Notes: generated from the letters alone by a model not told the origin. 64,000 bases of DNA from Candidatus Latescibacterota bacterium (GCA_965219995.1 CBDCOX010000002.1:832001-896000), one strand, 5' to 3'. Counted from the stretch's first letter, positions 31,797 through 41,942 are shown. Program-made: numbers and translations.

Positions 31797-32810
31797 ATGG
31801 GAGCGGCGCCGGAACTGCTGGCGATTCAACCCCGGGATCGAACCGGGGTGTCTGGAAAACGCCCGTCGTTCGGAGCGCGTCTGAAGCGGGAAGGTGTCGA
31901 CCTCAGGCGTGAGGCACTGGAGACGCTTCAGATCAACGTGGGCAAACTTTGCAATCAGGCGTGCAGGCACTGCCACGTGGATGCCGGTCCGAACCGGACC
32001 GAAGTGATGACGCGCGACACGATGCGGTCGATCCTGACGTTTCTCGCCTCGACGGATATTCCAGTCGTGGACATTACCGGCGGCGCGCCGGAGGTGAACC
32101 CCGAATTCAGGTATCTGGTTCATCAGATCCGTGTGCTTGGACGGCACGTGATGGTCCGGTGCAATCTAACCGTGATTTTCGAACCCGGTCTCGAGGATCT
32201 GCCTGACTTCTACCGCGAACATCAGGTGGAACTGGTATGCTCACTGCCCTGTTATCTTGAGGAAAACGTAGACCAACAGCGTGGAAAGGGCGTGTTTTAC
32301 GATAGCATCGAGGCGCTGCGGCGCCTGAATGCGATCGGTTACGGACAGCCGGACTCGGGATTGACGCTTCACCTCGTATACAATCCGGTCGGGGCCTCCC
32401 TTCCGCCGCCGCAGGCCGAACTGGAAGCGGACTATAAGAAGGTTCTTGCAGAGCGGTACGACATTTCGTTCAACCGACTCCTGACCATAACGAATATGCC
32501 GATCAGCCGGTTCAACGACTATCTGAAGCGTCGGGGGGAGTACGAAGGCTACACGCAGACGTTATACGACCATTTCAACGCCCAGACGATTGATCGCCTG
32601 ATGTGTCGTTTTCTCGTGAGCGTGGATTGGGAAGGCAATATCTACGACTGCGATTTCAACCAGATGCTGGACATGCATCTGTCCGGCCGGCCGAAAAAAC
32701 TGTGGGAGGTGTCGCCGGGATGGCTGGTGAACAGGAGAATCCGGATCGCCGACCACTGTTTCGGCTGCACTGCCGGGGCCGGAAGCAGTTGCGGAGGTGA
32801 ACTGGCCTGA
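31797..32810 (+). CDS. arsS: Radical SAM protein of the ArsS (arsenosugar biosynthesis) / DUF3641 family
   Basis: QINVGKLCNQACRHCHVDAGP, DITGGAPE, SLPCY, YDCDFNQ, C-terminal HCFGCTAGAGSSCGG. Confidence 0.88.
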   Translation: MGAAPELLAIQPRDRTGVSGKRPSFGARLKREGVDLRREALETLQINVGKLCNQACRHCHVDAGPNRTEVMTRDTMRSILTFLASTDIPVVDITGGAPEVNPEFRYLVHQIRVLGRHVMVRCNLTVIFEPGLEDLPDFYREHQVELVCSLPCYLEENVDQQRGKGVFYDSIEALRRLNAIGYGQPDSGLTLHLVYNPVGASLPPPQAELEADYKKVLAERYDISFNRLLTITNMPISRFNDYLKRRGEYEGYTQTLYDHFNAQTIDRLMCRFLVSVDWEGNIYDCDFNQMLDMHLSGRPKKLWEVSPGWLVNRRIRIADHCFGCTAGAGSSCGGELA

Positions 32811-32896
32811 GAAAAACCGTTTCGGCATTCAGGCGGTACGCAAGTGAGGGGGTCGGCCGACTTGAGCGGTCGACCCCGATCTATTGCGTACCGGTT

Positions 32897-33328
32897 TTAT
32901 TCGAAACGACGCCCACCGGTATCGAGGAACTTACGAATCCGGCCGTGTATTTCGTCTCTGACCCTTCGAAAGACCGCCATTCGCTCGTCCTCGGTGCCGG
33001 TTGCTTCCGCCGGGTCGTCAAGGCTCCAGTGAAGACGTTCAGTTGCGTCGAAGTAGACGGGGCAGTTGTCATTTGCCCGGTCGCATACGGTGATGACGAC
33101 GTCCACGTTCGGGTCCGCGAAGGCGTCGGGCGCCTTCGATATTTGGACTGAGATATCGACGCCGATTTCGGCCATCGCCTTGACCGCCAGCGGATTCAGG
33201 GTGGTGGGCCGGGTGCCCGCGCTCAGAGATTCGAATCGGTCATTCGCGAGTTGACGGAGAAGTCCTTCCGCCATCTGGCTCCTGCAGGAATTCCCGGTGC
33301 ATAGGAACAACACGCGTTTCATGCGCAT
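32897..33328 (-). CDS. arsC: Arsenate reductase, thioredoxin-coupled (LMW-PTP fold)
   Basis: LCTGNSCRSQMAEG, TVCD..CP, HWSLDDPA. Confidence 0.92.
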   Translation of the reverse strand: MRMKRVLFLCTGNSCRSQMAEGLLRQLANDRFESLSAGTRPTTLNPLAVKAMAEIGVDISVQISKAPDAFADPNVDVVITVCDRANDNCPVYFDATERLHWSLDDPAEATGTEDERMAVFRRVRDEIHGRIRKFLDTGGRRFE

Positions 33329-33386
33329 ATGTGTACCCTTATAATGCGCGACTGAAGGGAAAAAGGAGCATCGATCGACGGGGGGA

Positions 33387-34634
33387 TCAACGGGTAAATG
33401 CGCGCTTGATCTTACTCACGGCCTCTACGATGTCGTCCATGTCTTCCGGCGTGCCCAGGAGCATGGACTGATAGAACCACACGCTGTGCCGGCAGACATG
33501 TTCAACCCGGGGACACGGCAGCCTGCGTACACGATCGGGGTATGCTTCCGAGACGCTTTTCAGCGCGCCCTCGTCGGTCAGTGGTCGCTGGTAACCGGGT
33601 GTGCAGTCTATTCCTTCAGCGGAGAGGGCGTTGACGAATTCCTCTCTGCTTCTGCCGCCGAATTGACGGGGATCGTAGAGCGTCATGTAGAGATGATACC
33701 CGTGCCGTGTTGTCCAGGGGCGCGTCTCCGGCGGGGTGACGCCTCCGATGCCAGTCAGTTCCCGTGTGAGATAGGCCGCGTTTCGACATCGAACCCCGGT
33801 CTGAAGCTCCAATCGCCTGAGCCGTACCAGAAGAATGGATGCGAGGTACTCGGAGGTGCGGTAGTTCCATCCGTGGCGCGGGTATTCCCATCGTTCGCCG
33901 CCGGGGCGCCGTCCGACGTCCTTGAATGCGCACGCCCGTTCGTAAATGTACCGATGGTTGGTGACAAGACAGCCGCCCTCACCGACCGTCAGGTTCTTGC
34001 TGGACTGGAAGCTGTAAGCGCCGACATGGCCCAGCGGGCCTGCCTGCCTTCCGTTATGCTCCGAGCCGTGGGCCTGCGCGGCATCTTCGACAACCACCAG
34101 GCCGTGTTTTTCGGCGATGGCGTTGAGGGCGTCCATATCCGCGGGGTGCCCCCCCATGTGCACCGGAAGAAGGCCAACCGTCCTTCCGGTTATGGCCGCC
34201 TCTACCGCGTTTGGGTCGAGAGTAAAACTCACCGGGTCGATGTCCGCCAGTGCCAGCCGGCAACGTACCGAAAGGGCCGCACTGGCCGTGGCGATGAAGG
34301 TATAATTCGGAATGATGATTTCCCCGCCCTCACCGAGACCGTCCAGGTCGAGCGCGCCGACGATGGACGCGGAAATCGCGTCGGTTCCATGCGGCATCAT
34401 CAGGCCGTAGCCGGCGCCGCAATATGCCGCGAACGCCTTGCCGAACCGGTCGCTCATGCTTGCCGGAAGACCCTCTGTCCTTCCCAGATAGACTTCTCGG
34501 AGGGCCGGTTCGATTTCGTTCTCCCACTCCGATTCGGTGTTGTGGGGCCAGGAAGGCCATGGTTTCTCTTTGGAATCGCGAACGGGCGTGCCCCCGTCGA
34601 CTGCCAGCCGGTTCGATGAAATTACATCTGGCAT
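33387..34634 (-). CDS. DegT/DnrJ/EryC1/StrS PLP aminotransferase (AHBA synthase / inosose aminotransferase-like)
   Basis: TFIATA, VHMGG, EDAAQAHG, SFQSSKNLTVGEGG, GWNYR; ATG at 34634. Confidence 0.9.
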   Translation of the reverse strand: MPDVISSNRLAVDGGTPVRDSKEKPWPSWPHNTESEWENEIEPALREVYLGRTEGLPASMSDRFGKAFAAYCGAGYGLMMPHGTDAISASIVGALDLDGLGEGGEIIIPNYTFIATASAALSVRCRLALADIDPVSFTLDPNAVEAAITGRTVGLLPVHMGGHPADMDALNAIAEKHGLVVVEDAAQAHGSEHNGRQAGPLGHVGAYSFQSSKNLTVGEGGCLVTNHRYIYERACAFKDVGRRPGGERWEYPRHGWNYRTSEYLASILLVRLRRLELQTGVRCRNAAYLTRELTGIGGVTPPETRPWTTRHGYHLYMTLYDPRQFGGRSREEFVNALSAEGIDCTPGYQRPLTDEGALKSVSEAYPDRVRRLPCPRVEHVCRHSVWFYQSMLLGTPEDMDDIVEAVSKIKRAFTR

Positions 34635-34769
34635 CGGATCTCCTGTGGATGCGCCGGAAGACTCCCAACTTGCCGTGGCCCGCCGGGGTGACGTCACTGT
34701 TGCAGAAAGCCGGACGTTGCGGTCAGCGGGGATCCGGGAACGCGCGTGGCCGAGAGCCGGCCATCTGGT

Positions 34770-36002
34770 TCAACCGGCCACCATTTCGCAGGCGGCCGCT
34801 CGGACCAGCCGCTCTCCTTCTACCGCAAGGCCGGCATACCTGGGTTCCATGCCGCCTTCCCTGTGGGCCCTGGGGGTACTCAGATAACCGACGTCGGCGG
34901 TCGGGCCGGAAAGGACGATCGTGAGAGGAGCGCGAGAGGCAGACTTGATCGCGAACGCCGTTTCGACGAAGATTTCACCTGGAAGATGGACAATTTCAAC
35001 GCCCGACGCGGAAACGCGCGTGATCGTGTAGTCCAGGGTTCGCCTGCCGGATGCGTAGTGCCTGCTGCCGTATGCCTGGAAACGCTGAAGCCCGTCAGAC
35101 CGTTGCGGCGTCGATTTCAGTTCGGTCTCGACGGCATCCGGATCATCGTACGAAAACGTGGGCAACCGAATGTTCTTCTGCGAGACGCCGAAGTTTCCGG
35201 AACCGTTCGTGCCCGCCTGTTCCAGGGCGTATAGCGCCGCCCCTCCCACACTGTGCCCCACCCGTTTATAGGTCCGACCGGCGCGGCTGACGGGCACCAC
35301 GTTTCCGATACTCCCTGGCAGAAACAGCGTGCGCAGGCCCGCCGCCTCGACCACTTGCCGGGCGACGCCGGGATAGTCGGCGGAGACGTGCCCGTACTTG
35401 TCGGTGTTGCAAAGTGCGTGACACCCGAATACGATGGCGCAACAGGTGGGATTGCCCTCCAGGTCGTCGATTCGGAGCACGTAGACGTTGTCGTCCACGT
35501 CGTCATAGGTGAGTTCGGGGCGGGGGTAGGGAAACTTGAAATTGCTCATCACCAGATTGCCGTTCCGGTCGTATGAGCGCCGGTTGTACAGGATGTTGGG
35601 AGCGGAACTGGCGCCTGCGCACAATCGGGAGGGCTCCATCGCCCGGGCGGCATTGCGGACGGCCGCCGCCATGTTTTCCGCGAAATAATCCTCCCTGCCG
35701 TAGTACTTGAGCGCTTCGCAGGGTATGCTGACGTACGATTGGAATAAAATCGGCGTGGTGCCCACGTGGGACGCGCAGGGCAGGATGTGGTTCAGATTCA
35801 GCCAGGCAATGTCCCGGAGCCGTTCCCTGACGCGAGTCATGATGTCCTCTTCGATGCTGAAACAATCCCCGGCCAGAAAGGTGACGTTGGTGTCCCCGTC
35901 CCGCAGGATCAGGGCGCGGAAGGAGATTGGATCGTAAACGCGGAAGGAGCCGTCCCGCGGTTCCTGCGGCGTAAAGTCCTTCATGCCAAAGCCGGTTTCC
36001 AT
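34770..36002 (-). CDS. Neutral ceramidase-like metallohydrolase (hypothetical)
   Basis: GFGxxDFTP, YDP..RAL, CASH, YNRR, FGCH, SADYPG, LPGEIF, GYL; start 36002 preferred over TTG 36047. Confidence 0.7.
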   Translation of the reverse strand: METGFGMKDFTPQEPRDGSFRVYDPISFRALILRDGDTNVTFLAGDCFSIEEDIMTRVRERLRDIAWLNLNHILPCASHVGTTPILFQSYVSIPCEALKYYGREDYFAENMAAAVRNAARAMEPSRLCAGASSAPNILYNRRSYDRNGNLVMSNFKFPYPRPELTYDDVDDNVYVLRIDDLEGNPTCCAIVFGCHALCNTDKYGHVSADYPGVARQVVEAAGLRTLFLPGSIGNVVPVSRAGRTYKRVGHSVGGAALYALEQAGTNGSGNFGVSQKNIRLPTFSYDDPDAVETELKSTPQRSDGLQRFQAYGSRHYASGRRTLDYTITRVSASGVEIVHLPGEIFVETAFAIKSASRAPLTIVLSGPTADVGYLSTPRAHREGGMEPRYAGLAVEGERLVRAAACEMVAG

Positions 36003-36047
36003 CGCGTCGGGCCTCCACGGCAACGGTTGTTGTGTAAATGCGGTCAA

Positions 36048-36144
36048 TTGATAGGGTAATATTCACGGTGCGTCAAGCGTTTTCCGCCCTTGCGCACCCT
36101 CCCGGACGGCGGACCTTGACGTTTCCGCGGGTATGGGTTACATT
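36048..36144. promoter_or_regulatory. Divergent sigma70-type promoters
   Basis: Plus strand TTGACG-N17-TACATT (36116-36144); minus strand TTGACG-N17-TATCAA (36076-36048). Confidence 0.5.
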
Positions 36145-36272
36145 ATCGTTTTGTCCACGCACGAGTTCAGGATTTGCGTCGCGCGGGAATGCCGCGCAGG
36201 GGCGCGACACACGGTCCCCGTCCACGTGGCGAATCGGGCGGATTCCGTACAAGGCGAAGCACGGGAGACTCG

Positions 36273-39140
36273 ATGCAGGCCCTGATTTCCGCACTTGAAA
36301 GAGAACTGTCCGGCGAAGTCCGGTTCGATCGGGCGTCGCGGATCCTGTACAGCACCGATGCAAGCATGTATCAGATCGAGCCGGTCGGGGTCGTGCTGCC
36401 CAGGCACCGGCAGGACGTCTTGCGGGTCATACGCCTCGCCGGGGAATTCGGGGTGCCGGTGCTGCCGCGCGGTGGCGGCACGGCGCTTGCGGGGCAATGT
36501 GTTGGCCCGGCCGTAATTATGGATTTGTCCAAGTACATGAATCAAGTCCTCGAATTGAACGAGGAAGAGGGATGGGTGCGTGTACAACCCGGCGTGGTAC
36601 TGGACGAATTGAATTCGTTCCTGCAGCCCTATGGACTCCAGTTCGCCCCGGACGTGGCGACGAGCAGCCGGGCAACGATCGGGGGGATGATCGGCAACAA
36701 TTCGGCGGGCGCCCACTCGGTCATCTACGGGAAGACCATCGACCACGTACTCGAACTCACGGTGGCCCTCGCGGACGGTACGGAAACCCGGTTCGCCGAC
36801 ATGACGGACGAGGAAGTCACCGCGAAGACGGTTCAGAGAGACCTGGAGGGGCGGGCATACAGGGAAGTCGCCCGGCTTGCCCGGCGGCACCGCGCTGAAA
36901 TCGAACGGAGGTACCCGAAGATTTTGAGGCGGGTGGGCGGCTACAACCTGGATGAATTCACGAAACCACAGACCTTTAATCTGTCTCGCATGATCGTGGG
37001 TTCGGAGGGCACCCTGGCCACCGTCCTGGAAGCCAGGCTGCGCGTGATTCCACTTCCGCATGCCAGGGTACTGGGGGTTGTGCAATTCGAGGATCTGATT
37101 GACGCCATGCGTGCGGTCGCGCCAATTCTCGAAACCGGACCCGCGGCGGTGGAACTGGTGGACCGCATGATTCTGGAGCAGACCAGGGGCTCCATTGCGT
37201 TGTCCCGGGCGCGGGGGTGGGTTGAAGGAGATCCCAAAGCCGTACTCGTGGTGGAGTATTTCGGAGACTCGACGGCCGAACTGACAACACGCCTGGATGC
37301 ACTCGAGGCCGCCATGTCGCATCACGGGCTCGGATATGGATTCCGGCGCGCCGTGTCGGGCGAAGAACAGGCGAACGTATGGAACGTGCGCCGGTCGGGT
37401 CTCGGATTGCTGATGGGCGTCAAGGGAGATACGAAACCGGTGGCTTTCGTGGAGGATTCCGCCGTTTCGCCCGAAAAGCTCCCGGATTACATCGGCGATT
37501 TCGAGCGGATTGTACGCGAGCACGATACGACCGCCGGCTATTACGCGCATGCCAGCGTGGGACTGCTGCACATCCGGCCGATGGTGAACCTGAAAACAGC
37601 GGCCGGCGTGGCCAAGATGCGGTCGATCGCGGAGGCGGTACGCGAGCTGGTACTCAGTTACGGCGGCGCGATGAGTGGCGAGCACGGGGACGGCCTCGCC
37701 CGCAGCTGCTGGAACGAGAGGGTATTCGGGCCCACGCTTTATAATGCGTTCCGGGAGATCAAACGTGCGTTCGATCCGCAAGGACTGATGAATCCGGGCA
37801 AAATCACGGACGCGCCCCTGATGACCGAAAACCTGCGGTTCGGTTCCGCATACCGCGCTCAAGAGCCTCGCACCCACTTCGACTTTTCGGCCGACGGGGG
37901 ATTTCACCGGGCGGTGGAAATGTGCAACGGCGTGGGCGCCTGCCGGAAGAAGCTCCAGGGGACAATGTGCCCTTCCTACATGGCAACTCTCGACGAGGCC
38001 CACTCCACACGCGGACGGGCGAACGCGCTCCGTGCGGCCATTTCGGGTGGACTCGAGGACGGCCTCGCCGACGCGCAGGTCTACGAAATTCTGGACCTGT
38101 GTCTGGAGTGCAAGGCGTGCAAGTCGGAATGCCCGTCCAACGTGGACATGGCCAAGATCAAGTATGAGTTCCTCGCACACTATTACGAGGCGCATGGAAG
38201 ACCGCTGCGGGAGTGGCTCTTCGGCAATATTGAAACCTTGAACCGCGTCGGTTGCGCGCTGGCGCCGCTGTCGAACTGGATCGCCGGTACCGGAATTGCC
38301 AGACTGGGGATGCAGTTTCTCGGCCTCGCGCCCGAACGGGCATTGCCAAGGTTCGCGCCCCGGACGTTTACGGACTGGTTTTCGCGGCGCGAAAAGCGAC
38401 CGCGCGAACGGAAAGTGGTGCTGTTCAACGATACGTACCTCACGTTCAATGAACCCGAAATCGGCATTTCCGCCACGCGTTTTCTGGAGGCCGCCGGATA
38501 TGAGGTGATCCTTCCCGAGAAGCGGTGTTGCGGCAGGCCTCTCCTGTCCAGCGGAATGATCGAGCAGGTCAAGGAGAATCTGGAATTCAACGTGCGCCAC
38601 CTCCATACATACGTAACGCAGGGGTACGAAATCGTGGGTTTCGAGCCCAGTTGCGTCTCGATGTTGACGGACGATTACCCCGATCTGAACGCGGATCCTC
38701 GCGTCCGGGAGGTATCGGAGAAGTGCTATACCCTGGAGTCTTATCTGAGCCGGCTGGCGCAACGGGGGGAACTCCATGTGACGTTTACGGATCTGAAGAA
38801 GGAGATTCTGGTCCACGGGCACTGCCATCAGAAAGCGCTCTGGGGCATCACGCCTTCGCTCGAGGTATTGAATCTTCCCCCCGGATTCTCGGCATCGGCC
38901 ATCGATTCGGCCTGCTGCGGAATGGCCGGCGCATTCGGTTACCAGGCCGAACACTACGATATCTCGCTGAGAATGGGCGAGGACCGGCTCCTGAAGGTTG
39001 TCAGGCAGGCGGGACCGGAAGCGGAGATCGCTGCCGCCGGACTTTCGTGCAGACAGCAGATTCACCACGCAACCGGACGGACAGCGCGTCATCCGATTCA
39101 AATTCTGTGGGAGGCGGTCGCGTCCGCAAATGAAGAATGA
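36273..39140 (+). CDS. FAD-binding + Fe-S oxidoreductase (YdiJ/GlcD-GlcF fusion type, D-2-hydroxyacid dehydrogenase family)
   Basis: PRGGGT, GSEGTL, SGEHGDG, CNGVGAC, CLECKACKSECP, two CCG motifs. Confidence 0.92.
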   Translation: MQALISALERELSGEVRFDRASRILYSTDASMYQIEPVGVVLPRHRQDVLRVIRLAGEFGVPVLPRGGGTALAGQCVGPAVIMDLSKYMNQVLELNEEEGWVRVQPGVVLDELNSFLQPYGLQFAPDVATSSRATIGGMIGNNSAGAHSVIYGKTIDHVLELTVALADGTETRFADMTDEEVTAKTVQRDLEGRAYREVARLARRHRAEIERRYPKILRRVGGYNLDEFTKPQTFNLSRMIVGSEGTLATVLEARLRVIPLPHARVLGVVQFEDLIDAMRAVAPILETGPAAVELVDRMILEQTRGSIALSRARGWVEGDPKAVLVVEYFGDSTAELTTRLDALEAAMSHHGLGYGFRRAVSGEEQANVWNVRRSGLGLLMGVKGDTKPVAFVEDSAVSPEKLPDYIGDFERIVREHDTTAGYYAHASVGLLHIRPMVNLKTAAGVAKMRSIAEAVRELVLSYGGAMSGEHGDGLARSCWNERVFGPTLYNAFREIKRAFDPQGLMNPGKITDAPLMTENLRFGSAYRAQEPRTHFDFSADGGFHRAVEMCNGVGACRKKLQGTMCPSYMATLDEAHSTRGRANALRAAISGGLEDGLADAQVYEILDLCLECKACKSECPSNVDMAKIKYEFLAHYYEAHGRPLREWLFGNIETLNRVGCALAPLSNWIAGTGIARLGMQFLGLAPERALPRFAPRTFTDWFSRREKRPRERKVVLFNDTYLTFNEPEIGISATRFLEAAGYEVILPEKRCCGRPLLSSGMIEQVKENLEFNVRHLHTYVTQGYEIVGFEPSCVSMLTDDYPDLNADPRVREVSEKCYTLESYLSRLAQRGELHVTFTDLKKEILVHGHCHQKALWGITPSLEVLNLPPGFSASAIDSACCGMAGAFGYQAEHYDISLRMGEDRLLKVVRQAGPEAEIAAAGLSCRQQIHHATGRTARHPIQILWEAVASANEE

Positions 39141-39418
39141 GCCCCCGTCGACGGGTTCATGTACGGGTAACGGGCGTTGTTCAGGGGGTGGGTTTTCGTT
39201 TTTTCGTGTGTCGCGTGGCACGGAAGATGGGACTCGTCGGGTACGTGCGCAATCACCCGGACGGGAGTGTGGAACTCGAGGCTGAAGGGGAGTCTTCCTG
39301 CGTATCGGCTCTCGTCGATTCGGTCGGCAGTGGTCCTCCGGGCGCTCGGGTTGGGAATACATCGGTACGTTCACGACCTGTTGAGGGGTCCGAAACCGGA
39401 TTCGACATCCGGTGGTAG
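39137..39418 (+). CDS. acyP: Acylphosphatase
   Basis: VQGVGFR, GYVRNxxDGSVE, GPP. Confidence 0.93.
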   Translation: MSPRRRVHVRVTGVVQGVGFRFFVCRVARKMGLVGYVRNHPDGSVELEAEGESSCVSALVDSVGSGPPGARVGNTSVRSRPVEGSETGFDIRW

Positions 39419-39433
39419 AAAGCGGGGCGCATC

Positions 39434-39946
39434 GTGGATTTATTGGGTTATATTCGTGAAGTACCGGATTTTCCGAAACCGGGTATTCTGTTCAAGGACA
39501 TCACAACGCTCCTGAAAGAACCCGCGGCGCTCGATGCCGCCGTTCGAGACCTTGCGAACCCGTACCGGCATGCGGACGTGTCCCTTGTGGCCGGGATCGA
39601 ATCCAGGGGTTTCATCCTCGGGGCGGCCGTGGCCCGGGATCTGGGTGCAGGATTCGTGCCCATTCGAAAATCGGGAAAGTTGCCCGCGGAGACGGCGTCG
39701 GAGCGCTTTGAACTGGAATACGGCACCGACTGCATTGAAATCCATACCGACGCAATCGTTCCCGGTCAGCGTGTACTTCTCGTGGACGATCTGCTGGCGA
39801 CCGGCGGCACCATGGAGGCAGCGGTCAAACTCGTGAAGGGACTCCACGCCCGGGTCGTGGGTATCGCGTTCCTGATTGAGTTGACCTCACTCGAAGGGCG
39901 CTCCAAATTGCCAGGGGAAGACGTGATGGCGCTGGTTGCCTGTTAA
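39434..39946 (+). CDS. apt: Adenine phosphoribosyltransferase
   Basis: DFPKPGILFKDIT, ESRGF, RKSGKLP, LEYG, VDDLLATGGT. Confidence 0.97.
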   Translation: MDLLGYIREVPDFPKPGILFKDITTLLKEPAALDAAVRDLANPYRHADVSLVAGIESRGFILGAAVARDLGAGFVPIRKSGKLPAETASERFELEYGTDCIEIHTDAIVPGQRVLLVDDLLATGGTMEAAVKLVKGLHARVVGIAFLIELTSLEGRSKLPGEDVMALVAC

Positions 39947-40054
39947 CCGCGGGAAGCCACTTGCGGGCATGCGTCCGCCGGCAACTCGCCGCTGATATCT
40001 TACGCTGTTCGAAACATACTAATGTCGCCGATAGCGCCCGCCTTTCCGGTCTAT

Positions 40055-40127
40055 GCCCCTGTAGCTCAGAGGATAGAGTAGCGGATTCCTAATCCGTTGG
40101 TCGCAGGTTCGAGTCCTGCCAGGGGCA
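40055..40127 (+). tRNA. tRNA-Arg(CCT)
   Basis: GCCCCTGTAGCTCAGAGGATAGAGTAGCGGATTCCTAATCCGTTGGTCGCAGGTTCGAGTCCTGCCAGGGGCA; CCA not encoded. Confidence 0.97.
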
Positions 40128-40353
40128 TTTTAACCATCCGCAACGGGCGCGAGCGTCCGCCCCGCAGACCGTATCCCATAGGGTCAAACCTCAAGGGACG
40201 TTGCGTTTCCGTGCATCGCCGACCCGAATAAACGAACTTCGATCGCTCCGTCCGGCGTCCGTTGCAGCGTCGAATTCCACCCTGGAGCAATTTGACCGGC
40301 GCGCCGTACCGCGTTTCACGTGGGCATCAACGATCCACCTGGACCTGGCCATT

Positions 40354-40794
40354 GTGGGCTTTCAGATCAACGAGGCGTTGCTGTTACATTACCCGCGTGA
40401 GCATGTGTTCGGTTTCTTTTCCGACGCCGGAAATCTGGACCGGCTCACTCCGCCGTGGCTCGGGTTTTCAATAAAGAGCAAGCTGCCGATCGAATTGGCG
40501 CAGGGGACGGTCATCAGATACGGGATCAGGATTCGGGGCGTGCCCATGAATTGGGAGAGTGAGATAACCGATTGGCGGCCGCCGTTCGAATTCTGCGACG
40601 TCCAGCGGAAGGGACCGTACCGTTACTGGATCCATCGGCATATATTCGAGGAAGCGCAAGGCGGCACCCTGGTGACTGACAGGGTCGATTACGCCGTATA
40701 CGGCGGCGCACTGGTGAATCGCCTGTTCGTAGCACGCGACCTCATGAAGATTTTCGAGTACCGAAAGGCGAAGCTGATCGAGCAGTTTCCCTGA
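40354..40794 (+). CDS. SRPBCC family protein
   Basis: NLDRLTPP, F.D.Q.KGPYRYWIHRHIF, DRVDY, IFEYR; start uncertain. Confidence 0.85.
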   Translation: MGFQINEALLLHYPREHVFGFFSDAGNLDRLTPPWLGFSIKSKLPIELAQGTVIRYGIRIRGVPMNWESEITDWRPPFEFCDVQRKGPYRYWIHRHIFEEAQGGTLVTDRVDYAVYGGALVNRLFVARDLMKIFEYRKAKLIEQFP

Positions 40795-40870
40795 GACAGA
40801 CGTGCGCGCGTACGGGCCGGAAAAACTGCCCGGGACGAACGCCGGCGCAGCCGCGGGACGAATGCAGACA

Positions 40871-41917
40871 ATGGGGCGAATCAGGTCGGTCAGAGCAGTT
40901 CAGCCGGCGTCCGCCGGCAGCCCGAACGACTGGCGGACGTCGATGGGCCAGTTCGCGGTCGGCGTTGAGACGGACGACGGGTTGACGGGTTATGGCGCCG
41001 GCGGCGGGGGTGCGGCGGGCGTTCACGTTGTTGAGACCGAACTGCGCAGGATTCTGGTCGGCAGCGACGCGACCCGGGTCGAAGACCTGTGGGAGGAAAT
41101 GTACCGGGCGACAAGGCCCTACGGGCGCAAGGGCATCGCGGTGATGGCTATCAGCGGCGTGGATCTCGCGCTGTGGGATCTGAGAGGAAAACGCGAAGGC
41201 AAGTCGGTTGCAGGCCTGCTTCCCTGCGTGGGGCGATCTGCCGGGACCGTTCCCTGCTATATGACGGGCTTTTCGGTCGACGAGGTTATCCGAAACGGCG
41301 CCAAAGGGTTTCGAGCGCTCAAGTTTCACGCCGGGTTCGAACGGAACCGGAACGTCGCCGACGTCGCGGCTCCGATTCGGCGCGTGAGAGACGCCCTCGG
41401 GCCCGACGTGTGCCTGATGGCGGACGCGGCGATGAATCTGGACGCTGATTCGGCGCTGCGCCTGGCGGACGCACTGCAGGGCTGCAAGCTTGCATGGCTT
41501 GAGGAACCGCTACCGCCTGAGGATCTGGAAGGGTATCGGAAACTGCGCGATCAGAGTCCGATACCGATCGCGGGCGGCGAGCATGAATACACGGCGAACG
41601 CTTTCGACGTTCTGATGAGGGAACGTCTGCACGCAATTGTACAACCGGACGCCACGTGGTGCGGCGGCCTCACGGAGATGTTGAAGATCTACAAATTGGG
41701 CGAACAGTACGGGATTCGGGTCTGTCCGCATCGTGGCAGCGAAGTCTGGGCGCTGCACGCGATCGCGTCCCTGGATCCGGATCCGCTGGCCGAATCGGGA
41801 AGACCCTGGGTCGACTGGGTAGACGGGCAACCAGAAATTGCAGATGGCAGTATCACGGTCGGAAACGCGCCCGGCTTCGGGGTGCGGTTGCCCGTTCCGG
41901 GTGGGCAAAAGTGTTGA
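40871..41917 (+). CDS. Mandelate racemase/muconate lactonizing family enzyme (L-rhamnonate dehydratase-like)
   Basis: YGRKG, AISGVDLALWDL, LMAD, WLEEP, GGEHE, QPD..WCGG; start 40802-40871 uncertain. Confidence 0.88.
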   Translation: MGRIRSVRAVQPASAGSPNDWRTSMGQFAVGVETDDGLTGYGAGGGGAAGVHVVETELRRILVGSDATRVEDLWEEMYRATRPYGRKGIAVMAISGVDLALWDLRGKREGKSVAGLLPCVGRSAGTVPCYMTGFSVDEVIRNGAKGFRALKFHAGFERNRNVADVAAPIRRVRDALGPDVCLMADAAMNLDADSALRLADALQGCKLAWLEEPLPPEDLEGYRKLRDQSPIPIAGGEHEYTANAFDVLMRERLHAIVQPDATWCGGLTEMLKIYKLGEQYGIRVCPHRGSEVWALHAIASLDPDPLAESGRPWVDWVDGQPEIADGSITVGNAPGFGVRLPVPGGQKC

Positions 41918-41942
41918 CATCGGACCGGGAATGCCATACTAT
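41914..41942 (+). promoter_or_regulatory. sigma70 promoter upstream of two small ORFs and ruvX
   Basis: TTGACA-N17-TACTAT. Confidence 0.65.

Noticed and set aside
32760-32830. Selenocysteine read-through in arsS
   Set aside because: The Sec-equivalent position is TGC and the TGA falls at the normal family C-terminus
33320-33352. dif-like or ArsR-operator-like sequence at the arsC start (GCGCAT-N15-ATGCGC)
   Set aside because: Only a partial XerC-arm resemblance, no XerD arm; the arms are short and no arsR is nearby
36138-39374. 1078-aa antisense ORF, and similar long shadow ORFs (28-1698, 6651-8324, 42720-44162, 46901-48211)
   Set aside because: They lie opposite well-supported genes, have no motifs, and are expected from stop-codon scarcity on the antisense strand of high-GC genes
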